Source: Craspedostauros australis (Eukaryota). Taken from it: DNA of 34,470 nt. Shown in pieces: positions 19,535 to 28,783 of this stretch (positions are counted from its first letter, which is position 1; every line of letters starts with the position of its first letter). The stretch covers positions 1-34,470 of the forward strand of contig JALAGF010002610.1 in the NCBI GenBank assembly GCA_030167865.1. Direction: 5' to 3'. Under the pieces are notes generated by a model. That model was not told where the DNA came from, did not search any database, and saw only the letters and a program-made list of their open reading frames with translations. A program made the position numbers and the translations under genes.

Positions 19535-20308
19535 ATGGTGAAGGTCAGTGACGCAATGGCGACGAAATCAAGTGCTGCAGCGTCGTGATGAGGATACGCT
19601 GTGTCGATGTCTGTGGAATGGCGTGAAGATCAGCGAAAACGGTGGTCTGGAAGGTTCAGAATGTCGGAAACAGGAGATGAACTGTGGTCGCGATGGTTTT
19701 CGCCGTTGTGGAGCCGCACATCGCGAACGTAGGGCTACGGCAGGAACACCGACTGTCGGATCCGAGGTGCTGAAGTGGATGATCGGCCATGCCGAAGCAA
19801 CATTGATTGCTTGTTGAGCATCGCATGTCGCCAACCCATCACCCCAGCAACATCACCAGCCTGCCAGCCTGGCCTAACCCCGAATCAACACTGCAACGTG
19901 ACGCGATGCGCAAAGGAGATGAATCCCATTTCCTGCTCCACAGACCAAGTCGCAGCAATCGTCTCAGCTGAATGTGTGCCAATGAACGATGCACTGCGAT
20001 GCAACCACTCACAACTCGTACCTCGTTCTCGCGTTCCGTTCTCCATCCCCGTCCGCTTCACCCACAACATACACTTGCTCGCGACGTAACGCAACACAAT
20101 CCAACTACACCAATACTACCAACGCAATTACCGATCACAGCAAAAGAACACTTGCGCGCATAACAACGCCCACAAGGCTCACGCCAATGGTATCAAGAAG
20201 GCCAAGCGAACCAAGTTCGTCAGCCAGAAGGGAATGGACCCAAAGTTCCTGCGAAATCAGAAATTCGCGAAGAAATACAATGGTTCCAAGCGCAAGCATG
20301 ATGACTAG
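19535..20308 (+). CDS. RPL29: 60S ribosomal protein L29 (eL29), join(19535..19543,20141..20308), 58 aa
   Basis: Exon 1 is ATG GTG AAG, then GTCAGT...CACAG. Exon 2 reads QKNTCAHNNAHKAHANGIKKAKRTKFVSQKGMDPKFLRNQKFAKKYNGSKRKHDD*. The HN..K.H.NGIKK and KG.DPKFLRN..FAKK signatures are those of eL29. Confidence 0.95.
19544..20140 (+). other. 597-nt phase-0 GT-AG intron in RPL29
   Basis: Splicing at these sites gives in-frame MVK|QKNT, matching the eL29 N-terminus (MAKSKNH type). Confidence 0.85.
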
Positions 20309-21124
20309 AGAGAGAGCCTTAAAGTAAACCTTTGACCTGCTCCAACATGATGCGAGTACGAGTAATGGGACTAGAGTAAACAATCAATCATCCAATCCAC
20401 TGAACGTGTTCCTTCTGATGGGTGAATTGTGCCTATGTTACGAGTCTCAGTGAGCTTCCGACAAATAGGGGGCACCGGAGGCAACCGCGAGGATACAACA
20501 ACGGCTTGGGCAGGATGAATGCTTCATGTCATCTTGCGACTCTCTATTGATACCTCATTTGCGTTTACGAGCACAGACAGATGATGCGCAGCGGAATGGA
20601 GATTAATCAGTACAGTGTCGCAATTGTCCATGTACTCCCGTTCTCTCCTCCTTTCAACTCGCATCATGGATGACGCAAGGCGATGTCAGGATTGGAGCAT
20701 GAGTTGGTGAACTAACACGGCACACATGTTGCACAAGACCCGCCTGCGTCTGACGCCGCGTGACAGTACATGCACCAGCGGACGGCGATAACTGAAACCG
20801 CAGACTTGCGTGGGATGTGCCGCAGCTACTTTACTCTCATGAACACAGCACCCCACGCAGCATGATACTCGTGCATGGCGTACATACGAGCAGGCAAGCT
20901 CGCATCTCTGCAGAGAATGATCATGTTCGTACGAGTAAGTATGATACAACTGCATACTCCATTGTGGACTGCGAGCAATGTGAATCAGTAGGTAGCTTGC
21001 TCTGCTTCTACTTTCATTCATATTGGCATGGAAAGAGCATGTTGAGTGATTGCTCGTAGGAGCAGACTGTTGATTAGCGGAAATCCACCACCCAGGCCAC
21101 CTCTCCATTCCGGAATAATCGCAT

Positions 21125-21147
21125 TCTCTCTCTCTCTCTCTCTCTCT
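21125..21147. repeat. (TC)11 microsatellite
   Basis: Seen directly, downstream of the hydrolase stop codon. Confidence 0.9.
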
Positions 21148-21342
21148 GGGGGGATGGAGAGACAGTGGTACATCCTCACTGATCAATGCTTGCACCATAG
21201 TTGCGCCATCCGAATACAAATACAAATGAATGCGAATAAGAGTGAAACTGAGAGTGAAAGGACACTCTCCTCGTAGCGTGCTTACCGACTTACACACTCC
21301 CAATACTCACGCTGTAGTCCACCATCTGTAAGTCCAAGATCT

Positions 21343-22995
21343 CTAGTTGACGTAATCCTTCGACGACACCTTCTTGTAATACCGCTTTGACCAGTAATCC
21401 AACGTGCTGAGACCAAAACTGGCACCATCGTAGCGCGGCTCCATCCCGAACATCACGCCCTCATTGAGACGCGCAACCTCCTTCATCGACGTGCGCTTCG
21501 GTTGCCGTCGACCGCGCGCCAGCTCCTGGAATCGCGCACGCATGATGGCCGTGAGATCGATGCGGCTGCCGCACGTGGAGGCATGACCGGCACCGTCCAC
21601 GACGTGGACCTTGGCCTGCGGCAGGATGTTGGCCAACCGCTCGGCCTCGGCGATGGAGGGAAGGGTCTTGTCATTCTCGCCCGCCACGATGAGACACCGG
21701 AAGTTGGGATGCAGCTTGGCGAAGTCATTGAGACGATCCTCGTTGACGATGGTGCAGCCCTTGGACAGCCATTGCTCCAGCCGCCAACGGAACGTGCCCT
21801 GCTCCATGTACTGCAGCTGCCTGGGCAGCGAGAATGCCACGCGGCCCATGTAGGCCTCGCGTTGGGCGTCGTCAATGACGCTGGGCAACGCCTTGGCGCG
21901 GAAGATGAGCAGCAGCTGACGCACGGAGTAGTCATCCGTGAACAAGGTGAGGGCGGTCCACAGGATGCCGAAGGTGTAGAGAGCCTTGGGCAGGTTGGCG
22001 ACGGCGGGGCCGCGCAACGCCAGCTGCGATCGTTCGTAGCACGTGGCTGGATTGATGAGCGTGATGCCCTGCAGGTTGTTCTTGAGGGATGGATCCTGCA
22101 ACATGGTGAGCGCGATGTCGGTGACGAGCACACCGCCGAAGGACTCACCGGCCAAGTACACTGGCCGTTTGGTGAGCTTTGATTTGCGTTTCCGCTGCTG
22201 TTTCTGCTTTCGTGCCTGTTGTTGTGATTGCTTTCCTTTTACCGATCGGCCATTGCGATTGCGCTGTTTTCGATCATCGCTGCCGTTACTATCGTCGCCG
22301 CTGTCATCGGCACCGTCGCCCGCACCATTGCGTGCATTGCTGCCGCCACCAAAGGAGAATATTCCACCAAACAGACCACCCTTGCCCGAAGCCTTCTCCT
22401 TCAGAAACTGCTCCTCCGGACTGATCCGTTCCCCGCCGCTGGTATCTTCCAGCTGATCCTCCAGGTACGAGATGACCGCCGCCTTCAACTCCCCAAACGT
22501 GGATCGATCCTGCATCCCCACCGTCATGCAACGCACATCAAAGTCCTGCCCCAATTCTGGATATTGCAGGAAGGGCGACAGGAAGGTTCCGTCAAAGCCA
22601 GGCACGTAGAGCAGGATCGGTTTGCTCGACAGCGTCCTGTTTTCGTACTCCTCCACGGCCTGCGGAAAGCCGTACTGCAGCAGCGGCTGGATGAACTGCA
22701 CGTCCCGCGGTCGTTCCTCATCTTGCGTCAGCTCCTCCTTGCGTTGCTGGACATCCTCGTATTTGTTCTGTGCCGCGCGATTGCGAAAGCGTGGTCGAGC
22801 CTCCGAATCGATGGATGTCGCGTGCTGGCAATGGTATCGCGGTGACGTCGGTCCTGGAATGAAGGCGTGCGCCCGGTGCGATGGATGCAGCAGCAACGCC
22901 GCCATCATGAGGCTGCAGAACGTGGCAAACCACGTCTGGCTCATCATTGCAGCGCGAGGTTGCTGCTGCGATCGTGGGAACTTCATGGCCCTCAT
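21343..22995 (-). CDS. Alpha/beta-hydrolase resembling the hydrolase domain of phytyl ester synthase (ELT family), probably plastid-targeted
   Basis: KPILLYVPGFDGT, nucleophile elbow RPVYLAGESFGG, LINPAT, acid in AGENDKTLPS, His in GAGHA. Signal peptide ends AHA|FIP (ASAFAP-like). Which of several N-terminal Met codons is the start is uncertain. Confidence 0.85.
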   Translation of the reverse strand: MRAMKFPRSQQQPRAAMMSQTWFATFCSLMMAALLLHPSHRAHAFIPGPTSPRYHCQHATSIDSEARPRFRNRAAQNKYEDVQQRKEELTQDEERPRDVQFIQPLLQYGFPQAVEEYENRTLSSKPILLYVPGFDGTFLSPFLQYPELGQDFDVRCMTVGMQDRSTFGELKAAVISYLEDQLEDTSGGERISPEEQFLKEKASGKGGLFGGIFSFGGGSNARNGAGDGADDSGDDSNGSDDRKQRNRNGRSVKGKQSQQQARKQKQQRKRKSKLTKRPVYLAGESFGGVLVTDIALTMLQDPSLKNNLQGITLINPATCYERSQLALRGPAVANLPKALYTFGILWTALTLFTDDYSVRQLLLIFRAKALPSVIDDAQREAYMGRVAFSLPRQLQYMEQGTFRWRLEQWLSKGCTIVNEDRLNDFAKLHPNFRCLIVAGENDKTLPSIAEAERLANILPQAKVHVVDGAGHASTCGSRIDLTAIMRARFQELARGRRQPKRTSMKEVARLNEGVMFGMEPRYDGASFGLSTLDYWSKRYYKKVSSKDYVN

Positions 22996-23296
22996 TCGAT
23001 TATGAAGGTGTGAGGACAGCTGTCTTCGAAGGGTCCTCCGGGCGTTGCAAGGCTGCTATGTGTGGTGTGGATGCGATGTGCTTGAACGTTGTCTTCTTCT
23101 GTCCTCGCATTCTGTGAGTATGGTGTTCTCCCTCACTGCTCTCGCGCGGAACAATGCCAATGGGAAATCAACCATCTTCGTGGAAACAACACGGAGGAAT
23201 CATCACAGGAAGTGATTCCTTCTTGGTTCGTGGTTGCACGCGTTGAGTTTCGGTGAAAAAGAGCACGAGAACCCAAAGATCGCGTGTGGGAGGCGG

Positions 23297-23304
23297 TGAC
23301 GTCA
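23297..23304. promoter_or_regulatory. CRE/bZIP-type palindrome TGACGTCA upstream of the hydrolase
   Basis: Perfect palindrome about 300 bp upstream of the ATG at 22995. Function is inferred only. Confidence 0.22.
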
Positions 23305-23612
23305 TCAACCACAACATCCACGAAACAGCTGGCTGGCTGCGACTTCAACACCAAGCTAGACAGCAGGCACCATAGATTATACTTGCCCTCGGACTATGAT
23401 CCAGCTGGGCGGAAACAGATGATGATACCGACGATTGTTGGGGCCAAATCCGTGTTCGTGCCCCCGAACGTCAACCCATCTTCTTCCGCCAACTTGGACC
23501 ACTCTGCATACTCCATGCCAATCCTGGTGTTGTCTCAAGTATGTTCGAGATACTCTATCTATCTATCTCTACTCTAGCCATGATGTCCCGCTCGTCGCGG
23601 CCGCGCCTCCAT

Positions 23613-26600
23613 CTACTTCCCGGGCGTTATCGGTTCGTCTTCGAAGCTCTCGTTGGGATCCTCGTCGCTGTAGTAGCTCCGGCTGCCGCTGCGGTCGTCA
23701 TCGCTGTAGTAGCTTTGGCTCCCTTCTTCGCCGTCAACGTAGCTTCCTTCGCCACCCTCTTCGCCGTCAACATAGCTTCCTTCGGCTCCTTCTTCGTCTC
23801 CGCTGTAGTAGCTCTGGCTTCCCTCCTCGCCTTCCACATAGCTTCGACTGCCTTCCTCGCCGCTGTAATAGCTCTGGCTGCCTTCTTCGCCATCAACGTA
23901 GCTTCTGCTGCGGTCCTCGTCGCTGTAGTAGCTCTGACTGCCTTCTTCGCCATCAACATAGCTTCTGCTACGATCTTCATCGCTGTAGTAGCTTTGACTG
24001 CCTTCCTCGCCATCAACGTAGCTCCTGCTGCCGTCTTCGTCGCTGTAGTAGCTCTGACTTCCTTCTTCGCCGTCGACGTAGCTCCTGCTTCCGTCCTCGT
24101 CGCTGTAGTAACTGCGATCAGCATCTTCGTCGTCGTAGTCGCTGCGGCTTTCGTCCTCGAAGGATCCTTCCTCGATCGTGTCGCCGAACCCATCGTCTTC
24201 AAAGCCCATATCGTCACCGCCCAGCTCCTGTTCGTACTCGTCCTCATCTTCGAACTCGCCCTCCTCGTGGGGCGGCAAACTGGCCGCGGCGATGGCGGTG
24301 GCGCCGGCCATCGTATCCTCCGTCTGGTCCGTCATGCCCGACGTCATGGAGAATCCGGTGTCCGTCTGCATGGCCCCGGGTGCGCGCGTGGGACGGTTCT
24401 TGCTCTTGTGCACACTTGCCCGGACCCGCTTCTTCTGCTTGCGCTTGCTCATGGTCTGCAAGGTCGCCAGCAGCTCGTGCTCGCGACCGCGGAATTTCTC
24501 CATCATGCCGTCGATCTCATCGATCTCTTCGGGCATGGAGGTCCGGACGAACTCCTCCACCTGCTTGCGGTATTCGGCACGCTTCTCTTCATCGGCGGTG
24601 CGCAAGCTGGATTCGTCCGTGAACAGGGTCGAGCCGTTGTCGCTGCGGCTGCCGGATGACGAGCGGGATGCATCGTCATCGTCGCCGTCCTCGTCGTTCT
24701 TGCTCCCGCCCTCCGCGGAGTCATTCTCATCCTTGACCAGCGTGTTGTCATCAGCACCGTCCGTGTCGAACGTTTCGGCCGCCTCCAGGACGGCGTCCCA
24801 GTTATTGTCCTTGATCATGTTGTCCAGATCATCGTCCTTCTTTTTCAGTTTCGACGTCATGCTGCCTGACGAGCTGTCGGAATCGTATGTTGCGCTATCG
24901 CGCTTGGAGCTGGAACCTTCGGATGAATGGGAACCGGAGTGAGACGAATGGGAATGGTCATCGTCGTCGTCCTTACCGCCGCCGCCCTTCTTGCCGCGCT
25001 TGGTGGCGGATTCGTACGTGCTGTTGCCGGACGAGTAGGAATCATCCGAATCAGAATGAGATCCGGATCCGGAATGCGATGCCGACTCGGATCCTTCGCT
25101 CTTGCTTTCTCCGAATCCCGGTTCGTCGAAGAAGTCGTCGGCGTTGGTCGCTTTGCCGTTGGAGACGCCCCATCCGTTGGTGTTGTTGCCACCGAAAAAG
25201 TTGTCATCCCCATCATCCTCGTCTCCCTTTGGCCAGTTGGACGATTTGTCGTCACCGCCGAACGCATTATCGTTTTCGTTGACAGATCCTGCCTCGTGAG
25301 CTTCCTTGCTTTCTCCCAACACGGATGGCTCATCGAAGGCGTAATTGCCGAAATCGAGGTTGGAACCGTCATCGTCGTTGCTTGCGTTGTTGGCAATGTT
25401 GTCTTCGTCTCCGAAGAGATCGGCTTCATCGAAGCCCTTGGTGCTGCCCTTCTTGCGGCCAAAACCGAAACGATTCTTCGGATCACCGTCGTCGTTCTTG
25501 CCAAAGGCCCCGCTGCCGTTCTGATCCTTCTTCTTGCCTCCCGATTTGCCCGTCCCGTTAAGTTCGACCTCGGTATCTTTGTCTTTGCCTTTCATGCTGC
25601 GGCCGCTGCCACCAAATGCACCTGATTTCACATCCTCGTTGTCGGATGCGTCATCATCATCATCATCTTCGTCTTCATCTTCGTCATCATCGTCGTCGTC
25701 ATCATCATCCTCGTCGTCATCGTCATCATTTCCTCCTTTAGATCCCTCCTTTTTCTTCTTCTTCTTTTCCTTCTTCTTGTCGTGCTCTGTGGCGCAACGG
25801 CCAATGAAGGCACAGATCCCGCAAACGAAGAGACCGGCAGCAGTTGTGCCAGCGATCAACCCAACGTTGAGCTCCGCTCCGCCTTCCTCGGAGCTAGTTT
25901 GTGGATCGCCTGCCGGTGCCTGCGTCGGCATGCTGGACATTGTGGGCACGCCCGTTTCAGGATCCGGGGGCAGCACGGGGTACGTCTCAATCTCAATCTT
26001 CAGCAGCGTGAAGGGTTCCGTCTCCAACAGGCTCTCCTGCAATTCGCCCTGCATAATCAAGTCCTGCGTTCGGTTGGTCAGGATCTTGCTGACCTGAATT
26101 GCATTCTCCTCATCCAAATCCAATTGGAATTTGGCGTACGCTATTCTGCAAACCGAATTCGCTGCCGCGGACGACGGGCATTCCGTGTCCATGATTTGAT
26201 AGATGGATGCACTGTCAGCGATATACTGCACCTCCAGACGTCGGTCCTGTCGCCGTCCGAGTTGTTGACGATGATGATCGCCACCATCATGAGCATAACC
26301 ACGCAGATGCCGCTGTCGACGTCCACCATCGAGGGTTATGTTCCGCAGACTTTGGTCCACAAACAGCGAGTACGAATCATCGAGGACGCGTCTGATCAAG
26401 TTGCCTTCCTCCAAAGAGACACCCGGTGGACTGGAGAAGATGAATGCGTTGTAACCTTCGGCGATGCCGGGAGGGAAGGTTGGTGTTCCCGGAGCGAAAG
26501 TTACGGGCGGTTCTGTGATCACGGGCATCCGCGTTGGCTGCGCGGTGATGGTGGGGACAAGCGTAGGCGACGACGTGGAGATCAGTGCGACGGATATTTC

Positions 26601-28553
26601 AATGCAAAACTCATCGAGGAATTCACCCTGATCCGGAGTTGGATTTTGTCCTCGCTTGGTGCCAAAGATGTCGATCAATCCATTCACGAGGGCGTTGTCG
26701 ATGTAGTTCTGCTGCAATGGACCCAGCAAGTCCTCGAATGCGAATCCTTGAAAACTATCCCCCGTCCAAAAATTCAGCAGACCCACGTATTCGCTTCTGC
26801 TCAGCAGATTGTTGGCGTCGACGTCTTGAGCACCGATGAATCGCCAGCATTTCGCGGAATCCAGCGTGGGTGGCAACGTCGGCGGCGCCTGGGTGGGCGT
26901 GGTAGGTTGGGGCATGATCGTTGGTTCCATCGTCACTGGCATTTCCGACACCTGCAAAGCAATGGCCGTTTCGACACAAATCTGATCCAGAAATCTCTCC
27001 TGGGATGTTGTTGGGATCTGCCCGGGCCTGGCTCCTTCGATGCTGAGGAAACCAGCCGAATTCTTCAATCGATCGAAAAGCCGTTGCAGCTGTCCCGTCA
27101 ATTCGGCATAGGGCAAATCGTCAAACTGCTGGTCCCGCGTCAAGCGAAACAGGAAGCTCACGAACTCCGTTTCGTCGAGCAAGCTATCGGCAGACGAATC
27201 CGCCTGCGCCATTCGATTTCGGCACGTATCGGGATCGTACGTCGGTGGCAACGTCCCGGTGGGCATGTTGGCGGGCGAGTAGGTGACGGCAGGACCTCTC
27301 AACGCCTCCAAGGTATCGCAGCACAATTCGAACAACCTATCCTTCTGCCGCTGCGACGCGTTGGAGTTTGGTTTGGACCCTGCGACGTCGATCTGCGAAT
27401 CGGTCGTAGCGTATTCGTTGTAGACGACCTGCGCGGGTCCCGGCAAACTGTCAAACCCGTCGTAATCATCTTCGTTATCAAGACGCGTCGCAAATATGGC
27501 AAATTCCTTGCGATTCAAGAGGTTGTCGCGTTCGTTGCCGGGATCGCTGTCGCCGTTCGTGAGGGCGATGTCGCACTTGATCTGCGAGAAGTCGATATCG
27601 CAGCTGGGTCCGACGGGTGCGACGGTGGGCGGCGGGTTGTCCACGAGATCCTTCGTCGCGTCGCACAAGCCGATGAGGAAGTCGTTCTGTTCCGGCGTGC
27701 GCACGGACCCTGGTTTGGATCCCAGCACGTCGATGGCGTCCTTGTCGGCGTCGACGAACGCCTCAAAGTTGGATTGGAAGTACGGCGGCAGCGTCTCGAA
27801 CGAGTCCCAATCATTCTCGAATTCATTTTTGGTGTACTGATTGATGAAAATGACGTACTCTGGATCTCGGACGAGCAAGTTATCACGGACTTTGTCACCG
27901 CTGGTCAGCGCCCGCAAGCATGCAGACTCTGGCTGTGCATCCGCGCCTTGCAGTTGTCGTCGTCGTTCGTCATTGTTGCCATTGCTATTGTAAGTGTCGG
28001 GGCTATGGCGTGGTGCAACAGATGGAGAGTGAGTTGGGAAAGGACGCACGGACGGCTGACGCTGTATCGTTCGTGGCGCCTGCGAAAGAATGGTTGGCAC
28101 GACCGTCGGCGGTCTTGCGAAATTGGGAATCGACTGTGGCTGTTGGTTGTATTCATAGTAGTTGATGCCGCGGCTGCTTGGATAGTACTGTTGCGATTGC
28201 AAGGCGCCGTCTTCCAACAACGCCAACTGCAACGAAAGCGCATGACAGAACGATGGCACCGGCTGCTTTCCAACAGCAGGGTCCTCATTCCGGGCAACGT
28301 CGCTGAAGAGATTCCGCAGATGGATGGGAAGCTCCGAGAATGAGACGTCATTGTCGACGCCCTCTCTTCGAAGGAACTGCGCGTACTGATCTTGTGTGGG
28401 TCGCGGATGCTGGGCCATCCATTGCATGCACTTCACGTGCGTTGCGGATGTATCACGCGAGAATTGTGTGGGCACCTGCGTCGGCATGAGAGATGCTGCA
28501 TCCACAGCGGAGGCCAAACCAACCGTCGCCAGCAACGCCAATCCCTTTGTCAT
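23613..28553 (-). CDS. Large type I membrane protein (~1646 aa): EF-hand-like luminal repeats, PT linkers, RXL motifs, one TM, acidic cytosolic tail with SY/DE repeats
   Basis: Signal peptide from the ATG at 28553 (MTKGLALLATVGLASAVDA). Four full and one degenerate repeats of about 110 aa. TM GLIAGTTAAGLFVCGICAFIG (~25800-25870) is followed by a Lys run and then an Asp run. The frame is open upstream to 28943, but that part looks like UTR. Confidence 0.85.
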   Translation of the reverse strand: MTKGLALLATVGLASAVDAASLMPTQVPTQFSRDTSATHVKCMQWMAQHPRPTQDQYAQFLRREGVDNDVSFSELPIHLRNLFSDVARNEDPAVGKQPVPSFCHALSLQLALLEDGALQSQQYYPSSRGINYYEYNQQPQSIPNFARPPTVVPTILSQAPRTIQRQPSVRPFPTHSPSVAPRHSPDTYNSNGNNDERRRQLQGADAQPESACLRALTSGDKVRDNLLVRDPEYVIFINQYTKNEFENDWDSFETLPPYFQSNFEAFVDADKDAIDVLGSKPGSVRTPEQNDFLIGLCDATKDLVDNPPPTVAPVGPSCDIDFSQIKCDIALTNGDSDPGNERDNLLNRKEFAIFATRLDNEDDYDGFDSLPGPAQVVYNEYATTDSQIDVAGSKPNSNASQRQKDRLFELCCDTLEALRGPAVTYSPANMPTGTLPPTYDPDTCRNRMAQADSSADSLLDETEFVSFLFRLTRDQQFDDLPYAELTGQLQRLFDRLKNSAGFLSIEGARPGQIPTTSQERFLDQICVETAIALQVSEMPVTMEPTIMPQPTTPTQAPPTLPPTLDSAKCWRFIGAQDVDANNLLSRSEYVGLLNFWTGDSFQGFAFEDLLGPLQQNYIDNALVNGLIDIFGTKRGQNPTPDQGEFLDEFCIEISVALISTSSPTLVPTITAQPTRMPVITEPPVTFAPGTPTFPPGIAEGYNAFIFSSPPGVSLEEGNLIRRVLDDSYSLFVDQSLRNITLDGGRRQRHLRGYAHDGGDHHRQQLGRRQDRRLEVQYIADSASIYQIMDTECPSSAAANSVCRIAYAKFQLDLDEENAIQVSKILTNRTQDLIMQGELQESLLETEPFTLLKIEIETYPVLPPDPETGVPTMSSMPTQAPAGDPQTSSEEGGAELNVGLIAGTTAAGLFVCGICAFIGRCATEHDKKKEKKKKKKEGSKGGNDDDDDEDDDDDDDDDEDEDEDDDDDDASDNEDVKSGAFGGSGRSMKGKDKDTEVELNGTGKSGGKKKDQNGSGAFGKNDDGDPKNRFGFGRKKGSTKGFDEADLFGDEDNIANNASNDDDGSNLDFGNYAFDEPSVLGESKEAHEAGSVNENDNAFGGDDKSSNWPKGDEDDGDDNFFGGNNTNGWGVSNGKATNADDFFDEPGFGESKSEGSESASHSGSGSHSDSDDSYSSGNSTYESATKRGKKGGGGKDDDDDHSHSSHSGSHSSEGSSSKRDSATYDSDSSSGSMTSKLKKKDDDLDNMIKDNNWDAVLEAAETFDTDGADDNTLVKDENDSAEGGSKNDEDGDDDDASRSSSGSRSDNGSTLFTDESSLRTADEEKRAEYRKQVEEFVRTSMPEEIDEIDGMMEKFRGREHELLATLQTMSKRKQKKRVRASVHKSKNRPTRAPGAMQTDTGFSMTSGMTDQTEDTMAGATAIAAASLPPHEEGEFEDEDEYEQELGGDDMGFEDDGFGDTIEEGSFEDESRSDYDDEDADRSYYSDEDGSRSYVDGEEGSQSYYSDEDGSRSYVDGEEGSQSYYSDEDRSRSYVDGEEGSQSYYSDEDRSRSYVDGEEGSQSYYSGEEGSRSYVEGEEGSQSYYSGDEEGAEGSYVDGEEGGEGSYVDGEEGSQSYYSDDDRSGSRSYYSDEDPNESFEDEPITPGK
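23660..24115 (-). repeat. Coding 60-bp tandem repeat (SQSYYSDEDxSRSYVDGEEG), about 5 regular copies plus degenerate ones
   Basis: Lines 23821-24120 align at a 60-nt period (ccttcttcgc catcaacgta gcttctgctg cggtcctcgt cgctgtagta gctctgactg). Confidence 0.95.
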
Positions 28554-28747
28554 GGCGCGATGCAGAGGTTGACGTGGGCGCCGTGAAGGATGGCATTGGC
28601 AACCGCTGTCTGATGCTGGCGGCATGGGCCGCTCGTATTGGCCTTGTGGCTGTCGAGATCTCCTTCTCTTTTTCTTTCCCGGCTTGTTGGCTGGCAGGTC
28701 CGTCTGTGATGGTCGCGCTTGTGGGTGCGTTTGTTGTGGATAACGGC

Positions 28748-28783
28748 GATGATGATGGTGATGATGATGGTGATGATGATGAT
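28748..28783. repeat. (GAT/GGT)n trinucleotide repeat
   Basis: gatgatgatggtgatgatgatggtgatgatgatgat; it produces the His run in the over-extended ORF. Confidence 0.85.

Noticed and set aside
23660-24115. CRISPR-like appearance of the regular repeats
   Set aside because: Contiguous in-frame coding repeats with no unique spacers, in a eukaryotic gene.
23435-28343. Long plus-strand ORFs (395, 372 and 853 aa, and others) with hydrophobic or Arg/Cys repeats
   Set aside because: Antisense shadows of the large membrane-protein gene and its 60-bp repeat.
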